From IMG/VR virus record IMGVR_UViG_3300037792_000004: a stretch of 64,000 bases of DNA, one strand, 5' to 3'. Made by a program: the position numbers and the translations under genes. Shown here piece after piece: positions 1 through 9,942 of the stretch. Below the pieces are notes generated by a model that made no database searches, was not told the DNA's origin, and saw only the letters and a program-made list of their open reading frames with translations. This stretch comes from an uncultured virus (IMG/VR IMGVR_UViG_3300037792_000004). Taxonomy: Duplodnaviria > Heunggongvirae > Uroviricota > Caudoviricetes. Within the stretch, counting starts at the first letter, position 1. Each line of letters starts with the position of its first letter.

Positions 1-50
1 CGCAAAGGCGAAAAGATGAAACGGGAGAGCGATGCAATCGGCCTGTCCAT
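1..50 (-). CDS. 5' fragment of the next tail gene, probably P2 gpU-like (runs off window)
   Basis: ATG at 50 overlaps the TMP stop (TGATG); reads MDRPIASLSRFIFSPL; position matches P2 U after T. Confidence 0.45.
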   Translation of the reverse strand, partial: MDRPIASLSRFIFSPL

Positions 51-2914
51 CAGTCTGTCAGCCTCTTGTTGAGTTGCCGGACAAAGGCATCGGCAGCTTT
101 GCGGCCTTGGGCTTCGCTGGAGCCGCCACCTTCAATGCGGATCGTGATTTCAAACGAGTTGTAATTGATCGTCTGCCCGCTTGATCCGGAGGCAGACGCC
201 GTTCCACCTGTGCTCCCGCCATGAGCCGCAATCTGTGGCAAGAGCGGTGGCGCTGGTTCTGCGGCAACGGCCCCGTTCATGGATGCGGCGGCGACGGTAC
301 CGGCCGCCAAACGTCGGCCCGCTTTGGCAAGGCTTGCCATTTGCCGGAGCTGGCGGTTATGGGCGATGAATTCGCCCTTGGAGCCATATCGCAGCTCTGG
401 ACCACGCTCGCCGACCATGATGGGGCCGGTGCGTTTTACGGTGCCGCCATTCGCATGGCCCGGTATGTCCGCTGCGGCGTCTGATCCAGTGCCGAGCCAG
501 CGGCCCAGGAAGGCGGGCGGGGAAGGCCATGTGATGATGTTGGACAGATCGATGCTGCCGATCTTGCTAATGATCGTGGACGGGATCGACTTTATGAACT
601 CGATGAACTGATCGAACTTCTCAACCGCGCCATCCCAGAGGCTTTGAATGGCCTGACGACCTTTCTCTGAGAGGTTGACCTCCGGCACCCATGTGGACCA
701 GTCCAGCACCTCAAACTCCGGCCAGCTGAATTCCGGGATGTACTTATCCCAGCCAAGCGGTTTGATCAGCAAGGACCAGAGCAGCTGTCCCGCCAGAAGC
801 GCCCAGCCAATGCCCGGTATCAGCCGCGCGCCCCATTTGAGCGGTGTGATCAGCATCGTCCAGGACAACTTGCCGAGAAGGCTGGTCCATTTGAGTGCAG
901 GCAGGAACGCGCGCCAGGCGACCTTCGGGATAAAGCTCAGCCATCTCAAGACACTGACCAGACCGCGCCAAGACAGCTTTGTGATGTATGCGCCCCACTT
1001 GAATGCCGAGACAAAGCCCCGCCAGATCAGCTTTGGAATGAACATGGCCCATTTGAGCGGTTTGAGTCCTGTGAGCCCCTTGAAGACCTTGCCCAGGAGC
1101 GCCAGCGCACCCCCAGAGCGAACGGCGCTGGCTCCGAGCATGAAGAGCCCGTATTTCAGACCCGCGCTCCAGAGCATGGCCGTGCCCAAGAACGTCAACA
1201 GCGCGCCGCCGACAATCAACAGTCCTGCAATTGCGATCGCGGTAAAGCCGATCCATTTCGTCAGCCGTGGGTGTTCCTTCATCCAGGCGGCCGTATCACG
1301 GGCAAGGCCGGTCAGCAGTTGAGTTGTTTCCCGCAAGGCGGGATTGAGAGCCTCGCCAAGGGTCAGGGACACTTCGCTGGCGGCTGAATTAAACGCCTTG
1401 AGATCGCCGGGAAGGTTGTCGCCCATTTCGGTCGCAACGCGGTTGGCTTCGCCTTCCACATCGCCAAGCGCCTCCAGCAATTGCTGGAATGCGGCAAACC
1501 CCTTTTCATCGAGCAAGGCCGAGAACGCCGATCCGGCTTCCATCCCGATAAGGTCTTTGAAGATCTCTTTGCGCTCGGCCGAGCCCATGTCTTTGGTGGC
1601 CTCGCCAATCTCCAGCAAAAGTTCCGGAACCGATCTCAGATTTCCTTGCGCGTCTCGGGCTTCAATACCGAGTTTCTTAAGGGCTTTTGCGCCTTCGCTT
1701 GTCGGTGCTGCGAGCCGTTGATAGATCGCGCGCAGAGCCGTACCAGCCTGACTGCCTTGGATGCCCATATTGCCGAGGAGCCCGGCCATGGCTGCGGTTT
1801 CTTGCAGGGAGATCCCGAGCGCCTTCGCTTCGGGCGCGACATACTTCATGCTTTCGCCCAGCATGGAGAGATCGACATTGGCGCGTGTGGTGGTGGCGGT
1901 CAGGACATCAGAGATCCGACCCATTTCGCTCGGGTCCATTCCGAAGGCCGACAGGATGTTAGAGGAAATGTCAGAGGTCGCGGCGAGATCCGTATTGGTT
2001 GCCTTTGCAAGATCCAGAACCTCTTCAATCGAGGCAAGGATCGCGTCTGGCGAAAACCCGGCCATGGCTTGGAACTGCATGGCGCTGGCAACTTCCTGCG
2101 CCGAAAAGCTCGTCGACCCACCAAGCTCCCGAGCCTTGCCGCTGAGGTCGCCGTAGGTCTTGCTGTTTTGTGAGACGCGGGCAATCGCCGCCACCGCGTC
2201 CATCTGTTCTTCAAAACTGCCGTACTCTATTGCGGAGTGTTTCACCGGCCTGGCAGCTTGTCCGCCGGCATACATCGTGCCGATGCCAGCCGCGCCCATA
2301 CCAAGGCCGATGCCCGCCATCCGGTCGCGTTGCGCGCGGCGCTTCTCGGTCAGCCGATCCAGCGCTTGTAGGCGGCGTTCGGTCCGTTTCAGTTCTCGGG
2401 TTTGGGCTTCAAGGGCCGAGGTGGTGGCGCGAATGGAACTGCGCGCCGATTGCTGTGCTGAAGCAAGGCCATCTGTCGCAACGTCCGCGTCCTTCAGCCG
2501 CCGCCGCGCCATCTCGAGCCGTTCGTTCTGCTGACCCAGCTCCCTTTTCAGGTGAGACGCCTTGCGCCGGAGCTGGGAGAACTCAGTACCGGTGGTCTTG
2601 CCTTCCTTGGCGAGTGCCGAAAGCTTGCCCTGCGTCTCGGCAAGGCGCTGTTTCAGGGATTGGGATTGGCCTTTAAGGCCGCGGAACTCATTGATCAGCC
2701 GGTTCTGGCTTTGGGCGGCTTTTAAGGTCTCGCGGGCGGTGGATTTCATGGACCGGCCGAGGCTGTCAGATCCAGCGCTGGCACCGCGCATATCCTTTCG
2801 AAGGGTGCGCGCGGTACCGGAGATTTCCCTCAGGCGGTCGCGGGCCTTGGCAGCGGGACCGCGCAACCGGTCCCGAAGCTCAAGAAGTACGCGTGCCCTT
2901 AGTTCTTGACCCAT
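50..2914 (-). CDS. Tail tape measure protein (TP901-type core)
   Basis: 954 aa; coiled-coil N-terminus, ARELGGSTSFSAQEVA and GIQGSQAGTALR core, Trp-periodic C-terminal part; follows the chaperone. Confidence 0.95.
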   Translation of the reverse strand: MGQELRARVLLELRDRLRGPAAKARDRLREISGTARTLRKDMRGASAGSDSLGRSMKSTARETLKAAQSQNRLINEFRGLKGQSQSLKQRLAETQGKLSALAKEGKTTGTEFSQLRRKASHLKRELGQQNERLEMARRRLKDADVATDGLASAQQSARSSIRATTSALEAQTRELKRTERRLQALDRLTEKRRAQRDRMAGIGLGMGAAGIGTMYAGGQAARPVKHSAIEYGSFEEQMDAVAAIARVSQNSKTYGDLSGKARELGGSTSFSAQEVASAMQFQAMAGFSPDAILASIEEVLDLAKATNTDLAATSDISSNILSAFGMDPSEMGRISDVLTATTTRANVDLSMLGESMKYVAPEAKALGISLQETAAMAGLLGNMGIQGSQAGTALRAIYQRLAAPTSEGAKALKKLGIEARDAQGNLRSVPELLLEIGEATKDMGSAERKEIFKDLIGMEAGSAFSALLDEKGFAAFQQLLEALGDVEGEANRVATEMGDNLPGDLKAFNSAASEVSLTLGEALNPALRETTQLLTGLARDTAAWMKEHPRLTKWIGFTAIAIAGLLIVGGALLTFLGTAMLWSAGLKYGLFMLGASAVRSGGALALLGKVFKGLTGLKPLKWAMFIPKLIWRGFVSAFKWGAYITKLSWRGLVSVLRWLSFIPKVAWRAFLPALKWTSLLGKLSWTMLITPLKWGARLIPGIGWALLAGQLLWSLLIKPLGWDKYIPEFSWPEFEVLDWSTWVPEVNLSEKGRQAIQSLWDGAVEKFDQFIEFIKSIPSTIISKIGSIDLSNIITWPSPPAFLGRWLGTGSDAAADIPGHANGGTVKRTGPIMVGERGPELRYGSKGEFIAHNRQLRQMASLAKAGRRLAAGTVAAASMNGAVAAEPAPPLLPQIAAHGGSTGGTASASGSSGQTINYNSFEITIRIEGGGSSEAQGRKAADAFVRQLNKRLTD

Positions 2915-3179
2915 TGTCCCGCTCAGCTTTCTTGGCTGCTTCCAATTGTTCCTGAAGGATCTTCCGGGCGTTCAGCCAGTGGCGGTACAGCTCGGAAAAA
3001 GGGAGGTCCCGCAGCTCTCCGATAGACCATCGGAATGCTGCGGATATCTCATAGTAGACCTGGTCTAGGTCTTCTGGCCGGACGACTTGGAAGCCGTCTC
3101 CGCTGTTCCACCATTCGGCGAAGTCGAAGTCGTCTCCTTCACCTTCGCCATGTTGCTCATGTCCAAGTGTTCCAAAAAA
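2880..3179 (-). CDS. -1 frameshift extension of the chaperone (gpE'-like)
   Basis: The -1 frame is open from TTTTTTG (3173-3179) to TGA at 2880-2882 and encodes DLDQVYYEISAAFRWSIGELRDLPFSELYRHWLNAR, resembling P2 E'. Confidence 0.8.
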   Translation of the reverse strand, partial: FFGTLGHEQHGEGEGDDFDFAEWWNSGDGFQVVRPEDLDQVYYEISAAFRWSIGELRDLPFSELYRHWLNARKILQEQLEAAKKAERDNGSRTKGTRTS

Positions 3180-3427
3180 GCTGCAAAGCCCAACGACAGC
3201 GCTGTGAGGTTACCGGTGGACATGTTCTTCACAACATCGCGTGAGATGTGCGGGCGGGCGATTTTCGGCACGACATGAGCAAGGGCTTTCACCTCACCTT
3301 CAAACAGATCCATAGTGGTGAAGCGACCAAGATCCGTGCCGATGGGTTCGCGAACATAAGTCAACGTGGTGACGGATTGGCCGTCGATGGTCAGCGGGCT
3401 GGCGAGTTCAACATCTACCTGTGGCAT
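3065..3427 (-). CDS. Tail assembly chaperone (P2 gpE / FluMu gp41-like)
   Basis: 120 aa between tube and TMP; contains slippery T TTT TTG. Confidence 0.85.
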   Translation of the reverse strand: MPQVDVELASPLTIDGQSVTTLTYVREPIGTDLGRFTTMDLFEGEVKALAHVVPKIARPHISRDVVKNMSTGNLTALSLGFAAFLEHLDMSNMAKVKETTSTSPNGGTAETASKSSGQKT

Positions 3428-3607
3428 TTTAGGGTCCTTTCAAAGGGTGTTTAAAGCAGTCAAAAACCGTGTGTGAGGCGCGATCTCAGATCCTTATGGG
3501 CTTCCTGCCTTCAATCCCCCGAAGGCCTTGCGGCGCGGGGAATGCTGGGGGCCTTGCGAGCCGTACCAGACGCCTCTTCCTCGGCGGGTATTCGTAAGCG
3601 CTGGCCG

Positions 3608-4117
3608 TTACCGGCCGAGCGCTGCATTCGTGGCTTCGGTTTCGTCCTCGCCGTTCATGCGGACGATGTTGTTGCGAAGGTCGATGTACATCTTCTCCCC
3701 TCCGCCAAATTCCTCGCGGTAGAAGACCAGAGCCATTTCAACGGTTACTTCGATCGGCTCACCGGCCTTAAGCTCCATTCCGAAATCCGGGTTTGTGCAC
3801 CGCCCCCGGAACTCGTGAACCAGCGAGGAAACATCACCGGTAAACTCGTCAATGAAACTGCCCCGCGCAAAGAGCGTCTTTTGGGCAAGTGTCCGGCTTG
3901 GGAGTAACTCGAAGAGCTTCGGGGTCAGCGTGGTGAAGACCAGTTCCACGCCAAGTTCTTCAAAGCCGTGGAAGCTCACAAGGCTCCCCCGGCTGCCGCC
4001 CGGTCGGCGGCTTTCGGTCTTGCGTTTGATGATCGGTTTGACGGAAGAGACCGAGCCGCCCAGATCCATGTCGTCGATCCAGACTGTCAGCTCTTCCTGT
4101 TGTTTGCCAAATTCCAT
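3608..4117 (-). CDS. Major tail tube protein (P2 FII-like)
   Basis: 169 aa after sheath; C-terminal YIDLRNNIVRMNGED...ALG typical of FII. Confidence 0.88.
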   Translation of the reverse strand: MEFGKQQEELTVWIDDMDLGGSVSSVKPIIKRKTESRRPGGSRGSLVSFHGFEELGVELVFTTLTPKLFELLPSRTLAQKTLFARGSFIDEFTGDVSSLVHEFRGRCTNPDFGMELKAGEPIEVTVEMALVFYREEFGGGEKMYIDLRNNIVRMNGEDETEATNAALGR

Positions 4118-4138
4118 TGGACCGGTTCCTTTCAGCGG

Positions 4139-5374
4139 TTAGGCGGCAGCGCCAATATCGTTCAGTGTCGCGGTGAAGGATGCTTGAGCAGAGGCCAGAG
4201 AGAGGAACTCCTGGTACATACCCGGCACCCGGTAGCCCCAAACCTCAATCACGCGCATTGGCGTTGCCTCGATAAACTCAAGCTTGAAGAACAAGATCCC
4301 GTCGGCGATCTGCTGAGGTGTGTTGAGGTCTTCCGGCAGTTCGAACTTGAAGCCGTTCAAAGCGCCTTTCTGCATCAGCCCAAGACCGAACTCATGAGCA
4401 ACGGAGCCGATATGCCGAACAGCATGGAGGCGGGTTGGCCTACCAATAAACGGCAGCAAGCCGCCTTCCAGGCTGTCATAGAGCTTGTCGGCGACACGGC
4501 GGCCGACGATGGTCCCGCCCAAGGCGCGGGCGGGATCCAGTGTCATGCCACCCCATGTCCAAAAGCCCTTCTGCCGGTAGAACGTAGAGACGTCTGAAGC
4601 ATTCAAGATATTCGCCTCAGAGTTGGTCTGGCCGACCCGCCAATCGATCGGGCGTGCCATCCCTTCGATGTTCACGTCCTTGTTGTCGTTGGACCACCAA
4701 AAACCCTCTTCGAGATCAAGCCGGGATTGCAGACCGGCATAAATCGCCGACCCCGGCATGTTGATCGTGTCGGCAGCGTCCGTGTCGAACATCAAGACGT
4801 GCGGATCGATGATCTGAAGCCGGTCAGAGCTGTAGTTCTGGCGCGCGGCGATGGCATCAGCTGTCGTGGTGTTCGGGCCATCGGCGAACACGAAAGACCG
4901 GATGCGATCGGCCACATCTGTCATCGCGTTGATGACTGCATCAGCCTCGGCTCCAGCGGCTGCGTTGGCAAAGCCGGGTGCACACAAGAGGTCCGGTTCA
5001 AAGTCAAGCAATCCCCGACAGGCCAAGCCCGCGTAGATGCCCGACTTGTCCGTCTCACTGCCAACGATCGCGGCCTTTTGTTGGACCGGATCTGCCTGTT
5101 CCTCGACACGCACCACCGCAATCTTGCCGGACTGCCGCTTGTACTGCCGCCAAGTCGCCTTCAAGGCTGCTTTCAAGGTGCCTTGTGTGCCCAGATCATC
5201 GACCTGTGCGATATCGCCAAGGATCGGTGTTGGCACATTGAGCGGGAACTTGTCGTTGTCGGCCGCTGGCGCGGTGCCGAACATGATGATTTCACCGGCA
5301 TCGCCGACACGAATGCGCGGTGTCGCGGCGGTTTTATCGCTCGCGAAGACGCCGTGTTTGTAGTTCGTAGACAT
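4139..5374 (-). CDS. Contractile tail sheath protein (P2 FI-like)
   Basis: 411 aa; N-terminal YKHGV, PDLLCAPGF, GFWWSNDN, GFWTWGG motifs. Confidence 0.93.
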   Translation of the reverse strand: MSTNYKHGVFASDKTAATPRIRVGDAGEIIMFGTAPAADNDKFPLNVPTPILGDIAQVDDLGTQGTLKAALKATWRQYKRQSGKIAVVRVEEQADPVQQKAAIVGSETDKSGIYAGLACRGLLDFEPDLLCAPGFANAAAGAEADAVINAMTDVADRIRSFVFADGPNTTTADAIAARQNYSSDRLQIIDPHVLMFDTDAADTINMPGSAIYAGLQSRLDLEEGFWWSNDNKDVNIEGMARPIDWRVGQTNSEANILNASDVSTFYRQKGFWTWGGMTLDPARALGGTIVGRRVADKLYDSLEGGLLPFIGRPTRLHAVRHIGSVAHEFGLGLMQKGALNGFKFELPEDLNTPQQIADGILFFKLEFIEATPMRVIEVWGYRVPGMYQEFLSLASAQASFTATLNDIGAAA

Positions 5375-5460
5375 GACAGTCTTCCTTTCTCTTCAGCGCT
5401 AGATGCGCGCCCTGCGTTTGCCGGTTTCGATCGGCGCGAAAAATTGGGATTTGAGGCGGA

Positions 5461-5943
5461 TCACAGCGGCCACCCTTGTTGGATCTCCGCAGGCCGGTGA
5501 TCTTCGATCAGCCCGGCAGCCCGAACGCTTTCAAGCCCAAGCGCAATGTCCGGATGCTGGACGTCCACGTCTTCAAGCTGTGGGTCTTCCAGATCGCCAA
5601 AGAAGATGTCCAGGGCGCGCTTCAGCTCGCGGGCGGTTTCGCGCTGGGTGTCATCTGAAATCGCGTCAATCACCGCCTGGTCCCGTGCCCGGTCGATCGC
5701 CATACGCTCACCATGAGTGAACAGGCGCTGGAACTCTCGCGGGGTTACAAGTGTCCTGTAGATCGGGACAGGTTCGCCCGCGTCTGGTGCCGCAGGATTG
5801 GTAAAGGTTTCGCCGTCATAGGCTGCGCCTTGAACCGTCGTGTCCGGGCATTCGACCCAGGCCCAATCTGCGGGATACCGGCCGGACGGGTTCCAGGACA
5901 CGATTTCAACGGCGATACCGTCAACGATGCGTGCATGTTTCAT
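5461..5943 (-). CDS. Putative tail fibre assembly protein
   Basis: 160 aa directly after the fibre genes; ARIVDGIAVEI...GAAYDGETFTNP pattern. Confidence 0.55.
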   Translation of the reverse strand: MKHARIVDGIAVEIVSWNPSGRYPADWAWVECPDTTVQGAAYDGETFTNPAAPDAGEPVPIYRTLVTPREFQRLFTHGERMAIDRARDQAVIDAISDDTQRETARELKRALDIFFGDLEDPQLEDVDVQHPDIALGLESVRAAGLIEDHRPAEIQQGWPL

Positions 5944-5954
5944 GGGGAAGCTCC

Positions 5955-7028
5955 TCAGGCCGCGTTGAAGAAAATCAGGACGGCACCGTCTCCGCCGTCG
6001 CCACCGGTAGCCCCGCCAGTGGTCCCGGCTCCCGCACCGCCGCCACCGCCATTGCCGCCGTGGCCGCCGATTTGGGCTGCACCGCCACCGCCGCCAAAAC
6101 CGCCGTTGCCGCCTTGCTGAAAGCTGCTGAACCCACCACCGCCTGCACCGGTACCGCCATCGGCACCAAGCGTTTTGGAGCGCGCGCCACCGCCGCCGTC
6201 CATGTCATGGAGATCCCACCAGTCAGCGCTGTGACCAAACGGGTCGGCATAGCCATACGTTGTGTCGTAGGTGATCCCGCCACGTGCGGTCAGACCCGAC
6301 GCTGCGGTCTCACTTGCCAAGCTGCTGCGGCCGGGAAAATGGCTGGACGCACCGGTGCCATTGTTAGACGGCCCACCCCAGCCGGATCCGCCTGCATCTA
6401 GTGCTTCGAACCCGTCAGATCTCGGGCCACCGGATGAGCCGCCACCTAGCACCACCGTTGCGGACCCAGCGCCTCCGGTGCGGTTGACTTCGCCGCCCGT
6501 GGCCGTGCCACCCGCAGCACCTGCAGCCTTGCCGCCTTCGCCACCGTTCACAACAAGGCTGACGCCTCGGGCTGCGCAGATCACAGTCGTGGTGCCGCCG
6601 TTGTTGCCATCCACATTGTGGATCGCGCCATCCCCGCCGCCGCCAACAGTGACCGTGAAGACGTCGCCCGCAACGACTTCGATATCAAGTTCTGTAAAAC
6701 CACCCCCGGCACCGGGTCTGCGCTGGCCACCCCCGCCACCAGGGCCGAGAGCCTGTATCCGGATTTTCCCGTCAGCTGCTGCTGTCCAGCTGTATGCGCC
6801 AGACTTCAAAAACATGGCCCTGCGCGAATAGCCGTTGGATCCCGGCCCCGATGCACTGGCACCTGCCACCCCGCTGCCGGATTGAGCCGCCGATAGAAGC
6901 GCGTTTCGAACGAGGATCTGAGCGGCTGCAAGCTCCGCCTGTTCGGCGGTACCGGTTGCTGGATCATAGGTTTGTGCAGCGGTAGACAAGGCGTCCAGGA
7001 CTGCTGTTTGTGTGGCTTCCAAAGTCAT
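5955..7028 (-). CDS. Glycine-rich tail fibre / receptor-binding protein
   Basis: 357 aa, extremely Gly-rich, ends GGDGAVLI; lies in the fibre position. Confidence 0.75.
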   Translation of the reverse strand: MTLEATQTAVLDALSTAAQTYDPATGTAEQAELAAAQILVRNALLSAAQSGSGVAGASASGPGSNGYSRRAMFLKSGAYSWTAAADGKIRIQALGPGGGGGQRRPGAGGGFTELDIEVVAGDVFTVTVGGGGDGAIHNVDGNNGGTTTVICAARGVSLVVNGGEGGKAAGAAGGTATGGEVNRTGGAGSATVVLGGGSSGGPRSDGFEALDAGGSGWGGPSNNGTGASSHFPGRSSLASETAASGLTARGGITYDTTYGYADPFGHSADWWDLHDMDGGGGARSKTLGADGGTGAGGGGFSSFQQGGNGGFGGGGGAAQIGGHGGNGGGGGAGAGTTGGATGGDGGDGAVLIFFNAA

Positions 7029-7037
7029 GGCCGGTCC

Positions 7038-7826
7038 TTACAATCCGACACGCGCAAACAAACGCGTGGCTCTGTTTTCAGGGGAAGAGCTGTGGCTGGA
7101 GAGAGCGGCCTTCAGGCCTTGCGGGTGCACCTTGTGTTCCGCGCTCACACCCTCAACCGTTGCCTCATTCGTTGCAAAGGGCGCACCGCCCAAGGCCTTT
7201 GCAGCCTCTGTGGGCGACACGCGCTTGTGTTCTCCGGCCGAGGCGTCCTTCAGCACGAACGCGTCATTGGCCATATCGATCTGAGACGCGCTGATTGGGG
7301 CGAGCCCTTCGATCGCCAGTTTCAACGTCCGGTCGGCAGAGAGATCCCCGCCGCCGGTCAAACCTTCTTGGGTGTTGATCTGGCGGGATGCCGGGACATA
7401 AGCGCCGATGGTCTGGATCTGGATCACGAGGTTTTCCAGATCGGAGAAGGCGACAACCGTGCGGATCTGGGCTTCCGCATTTTGTCCGGACCCGGCCACC
7501 GGTTTGTTGATCGGCGGGTCGTAGTGAATGACCGCGATCATGTCGCCGTCTTGATCGAAAAGCCCGGCTTCGCGAATAACAAACGGCCCGTCATCGGCCT
7601 CCAGAAGCGCATCAAAATAGGATGCATTCGGCGCGCCTGTCGCGACACCCTGGGCAATGATCGGCTTTCGGATCAGCTCATTTTCAAGCGCGGTTTCACC
7701 ACCGGACGGGATGCGGTTGCCATCGCCAAAGGCAAGTTCGGTCAGGACAAGCGGTGCGGCATTGGCAAGCGATAGCGCTTCCTTGTTTTTGCCGGTCGTT
7801 GTCAGGATGGAATAGGTGGTCTGCAC
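7038..7826 (-). CDS. Proximal tail fibre protein (P2 gpH N-terminal, DUF3751-like)
   Basis: YSILTTTGKNKEA...AFGDG...GPFVIREAGLFDQDGDMIAV signature. Confidence 0.9.
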   Translation of the reverse strand: MQTTYSILTTTGKNKEALSLANAAPLVLTELAFGDGNRIPSGGETALENELIRKPIIAQGVATGAPNASYFDALLEADDGPFVIREAGLFDQDGDMIAVIHYDPPINKPVAGSGQNAEAQIRTVVAFSDLENLVIQIQTIGAYVPASRQINTQEGLTGGGDLSADRTLKLAIEGLAPISASQIDMANDAFVLKDASAGEHKRVSPTEAAKALGGAPFATNEATVEGVSAEHKVHPQGLKAALSSHSSSPENRATRLFARVGL

Positions 7827-7827
7827 T

Positions 7828-8469
7828 TCAAACCTCCTTCGGGTGTGCTGTGATGAAAAGACGGATCAGGGAAGAAACACCGGCGCGGGCCTGCGCCGTC
7901 ACTTCCGGTGGCGCTATGGCCAGCGGAAAGGCCGTGATGACCAGCCGGACCAAAGGGAAAACGCCTGCATAGACTGGCGTGGTGTTTGCCGTCAGCAAGC
8001 GCAGGGAATAGTGCCGGGACAGCGGTTTGGAACTGTCGATCGCAGCAAAGGCCAGCCGCCAGATCTTGTCGGAAAACAGATCCGTGCCGTTCACTTCACC
8101 GATGATATCAAAGGTACCCGGAACACCTTCCGGCACTTTCTCAAACCATTCAACAATCTCGGCGTTGATGTTGAGCAAGGAAAGCGCCAGGCGCACGGCC
8201 GGTTCCGTTCCAGCTGTCCGGTGGATCTCCCATAGAGCGTCGATCGCGCGGCGTTGCTGGGCCTCCGTCCAGTCGGGATCCCAGAACGGGGCCTTGGCCT
8301 CATGTGCCCGCCAGGCAAGGTACTTTGAAGGCACTTTAAACGAGTCGTTAAAGTGCTTTAAATCCGCGATCTCGCCGCGCAAGACTTCAACGCCCGGATC
8401 ACCAACGGAGAAGACACGCTTCTCGTGTTCGGTGGCATAGTCTGTCGGGAGTGTTCTCGGATCAGCCAT
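7828..8469 (-). CDS. Phage tail protein I (P2 gpI-like)
   Basis: WDPDWTEAQQR...HRTAGT...VEWFE motifs; start placed at MADPR. Confidence 0.88.
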   Translation of the reverse strand: MADPRTLPTDYATEHEKRVFSVGDPGVEVLRGEIADLKHFNDSFKVPSKYLAWRAHEAKAPFWDPDWTEAQQRRAIDALWEIHRTAGTEPAVRLALSLLNINAEIVEWFEKVPEGVPGTFDIIGEVNGTDLFSDKIWRLAFAAIDSSKPLSRHYSLRLLTANTTPVYAGVFPLVRLVITAFPLAIAPPEVTAQARAGVSSLIRLFITAHPKEV

Positions 8470-9355
8470 TGACGACCTCCGCACTCAAAGAGAGCGTGGT
8501 ACATCGCGCGATCTCGGTTGGACCCACCGCAACATCGCCCGCAGCTTGAAGATCCACCCACTCAACACCGGGGACCGACAAGGCCGCATACTGGACAGAG
8601 ACTGGAATATCGATCCCGATGCGGGACCGGTTCGCGAGCATCTGCTGCCAGGAGGCAAGGGCTGCTTCCAGGATCTCCGCTTGGCCGGGGCCGTTGCTAA
8701 TCTTCAGAACAGCTGTCCGGCTAAACTCGATGATTGTCGCAGGCCGAGCTGTGACCCGGTCTCCGATCGGTCTAACCGTCTTGTCAGAACATGCTTCGTA
8801 AACTGCAGATAACAGATCCACTGAAGCAGGCGCGGAAAGGTCAAGCGGGGCGATCCAGATATCAATCAGGCAGGGGCTCGGGCTGTCAGCCCAAACATCC
8901 AGAAGACCGGGGACAGAGCGCGCCCAATACTCATAGGCATCACCCGGACCGGCAACGGACCAGGCCGCAGGCGCAAGCCAGATCCGGTGCCGGTAATCGT
9001 CATCGGCCTCCATTTCGGCCGGAATGGGCGGCACGGCATCCGGGTCGCCTGCGCGTTTGACCAGGCGCGGTGTCCGGCGCTCCCATCCCCAAACGTCAAG
9101 ATCCGCTTTTTCTGCAGTCGCCAGCCGGTTGGCGCGGGACGCCTGATTGATCCGCTGGCGCACCAGCATTTCCGCATGGGCATCCGCGCCAAGGTGCGCG
9201 CGCACCGGTTCGAATTCACTGCTGTCTTCAAACTCCGTGTCCAGCTCCGAGTATTTCTCAAGTTGGCGCTGATAGAGTTTCGAATAGTCGATTTCCTCGA
9301 CCATCGACGGCGGCGTCTGATCACCGATCGGAACCACACCAAATGCAAGGCTCAT
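8462..9355 (-). CDS. Baseplate J/gp47 family protein
   Basis: EADDDYRHRI...SVAGPGDAYEYWA...VRPIGDRV motifs. Confidence 0.92.
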   Translation of the reverse strand: MSLAFGVVPIGDQTPPSMVEEIDYSKLYQRQLEKYSELDTEFEDSSEFEPVRAHLGADAHAEMLVRQRINQASRANRLATAEKADLDVWGWERRTPRLVKRAGDPDAVPPIPAEMEADDDYRHRIWLAPAAWSVAGPGDAYEYWARSVPGLLDVWADSPSPCLIDIWIAPLDLSAPASVDLLSAVYEACSDKTVRPIGDRVTARPATIIEFSRTAVLKISNGPGQAEILEAALASWQQMLANRSRIGIDIPVSVQYAALSVPGVEWVDLQAAGDVAVGPTEIARCTTLSLSAEVVNG

Positions 9356-9711
9356 GAGATCACCTCGCTCAAGTCGATCGGGTTCCCGGTCTCTTTGGAA
9401 ATCGCGTTGATGTAGACGCGGTGTTCGCCATCGGCGGCTTGTTCCGGCGTCACGCCATCGTCTTCACCGCCAAAGCGGATGGTCTTCAGCTCAACGCGCT
9501 TTTCGTGGGTCTGGATGGCCTCGGCAACAGCCGCCCGCACTAGTTGGACTTCATAAGGATTGCCGGGCCTGCCAATGGACCTGGGCAGATCGCAGGTCAG
9601 GTGACGGCGCATGATCAAGGAGCCGTGCGTTTTGAGCAGGCGTTTGACCGCCTGTACAATCCGCGCGTCCCCATAGATCCGCCGACCCGTCTCTGCGTCA
9701 TACCCGGCCAT
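9352..9711 (-). CDS. Baseplate wedge gpW/gp25 family protein
   Basis: MAGYDAETGR...GSLIMRR...AIQTHEKRV; lies between V and J. Confidence 0.85.
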   Translation of the reverse strand: MAGYDAETGRRIYGDARIVQAVKRLLKTHGSLIMRRHLTCDLPRSIGRPGNPYEVQLVRAAVAEAIQTHEKRVELKTIRFGGEDDGVTPEQAADGEHRVYINAISKETGNPIDLSEVIS

Positions 9712-9714
9712 CGG

Positions 9715-9942
9715 TTATTTGCCCTTCGGCTTTTCAGCCGCGGACTTGTCCTCGTGCAGCTCCAATGTGCCGTTCGCCACAAGGAACCGGGCGGTCTCCT
9801 TGGACATCTTCACGCCGTTCTTTTTGATCTCCGGATCTTCCGGGTTGACCGGGCGGCCGTACCGGTAAAACGCCTTCTTCACGGTGTATGTGAAGAGCGG
9901 TGGTTTCTTGGCCTCAGTTTGCTGTGCGGGGGAGCGTCTCAT
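9715..9942 (-). CDS. Hypothetical protein
   Basis: 75 aa, translationally coupled between V and W. Confidence 0.6.
   Translation of the reverse strand: MRRSPAQQTEAKKPPLFTYTVKKAFYRYGRPVNPEDPEIKKNGVKMSKETARFLVANGTLELHEDKSAAEKPKGK

Noticed and set aside
5955..7028. Diversity-generating retroelement or invertible tail-fibre cassette
   Set aside because: No reverse transcriptase, invertase, template repeat or flanking inverted repeats seen; low complexity is just Gly codons.
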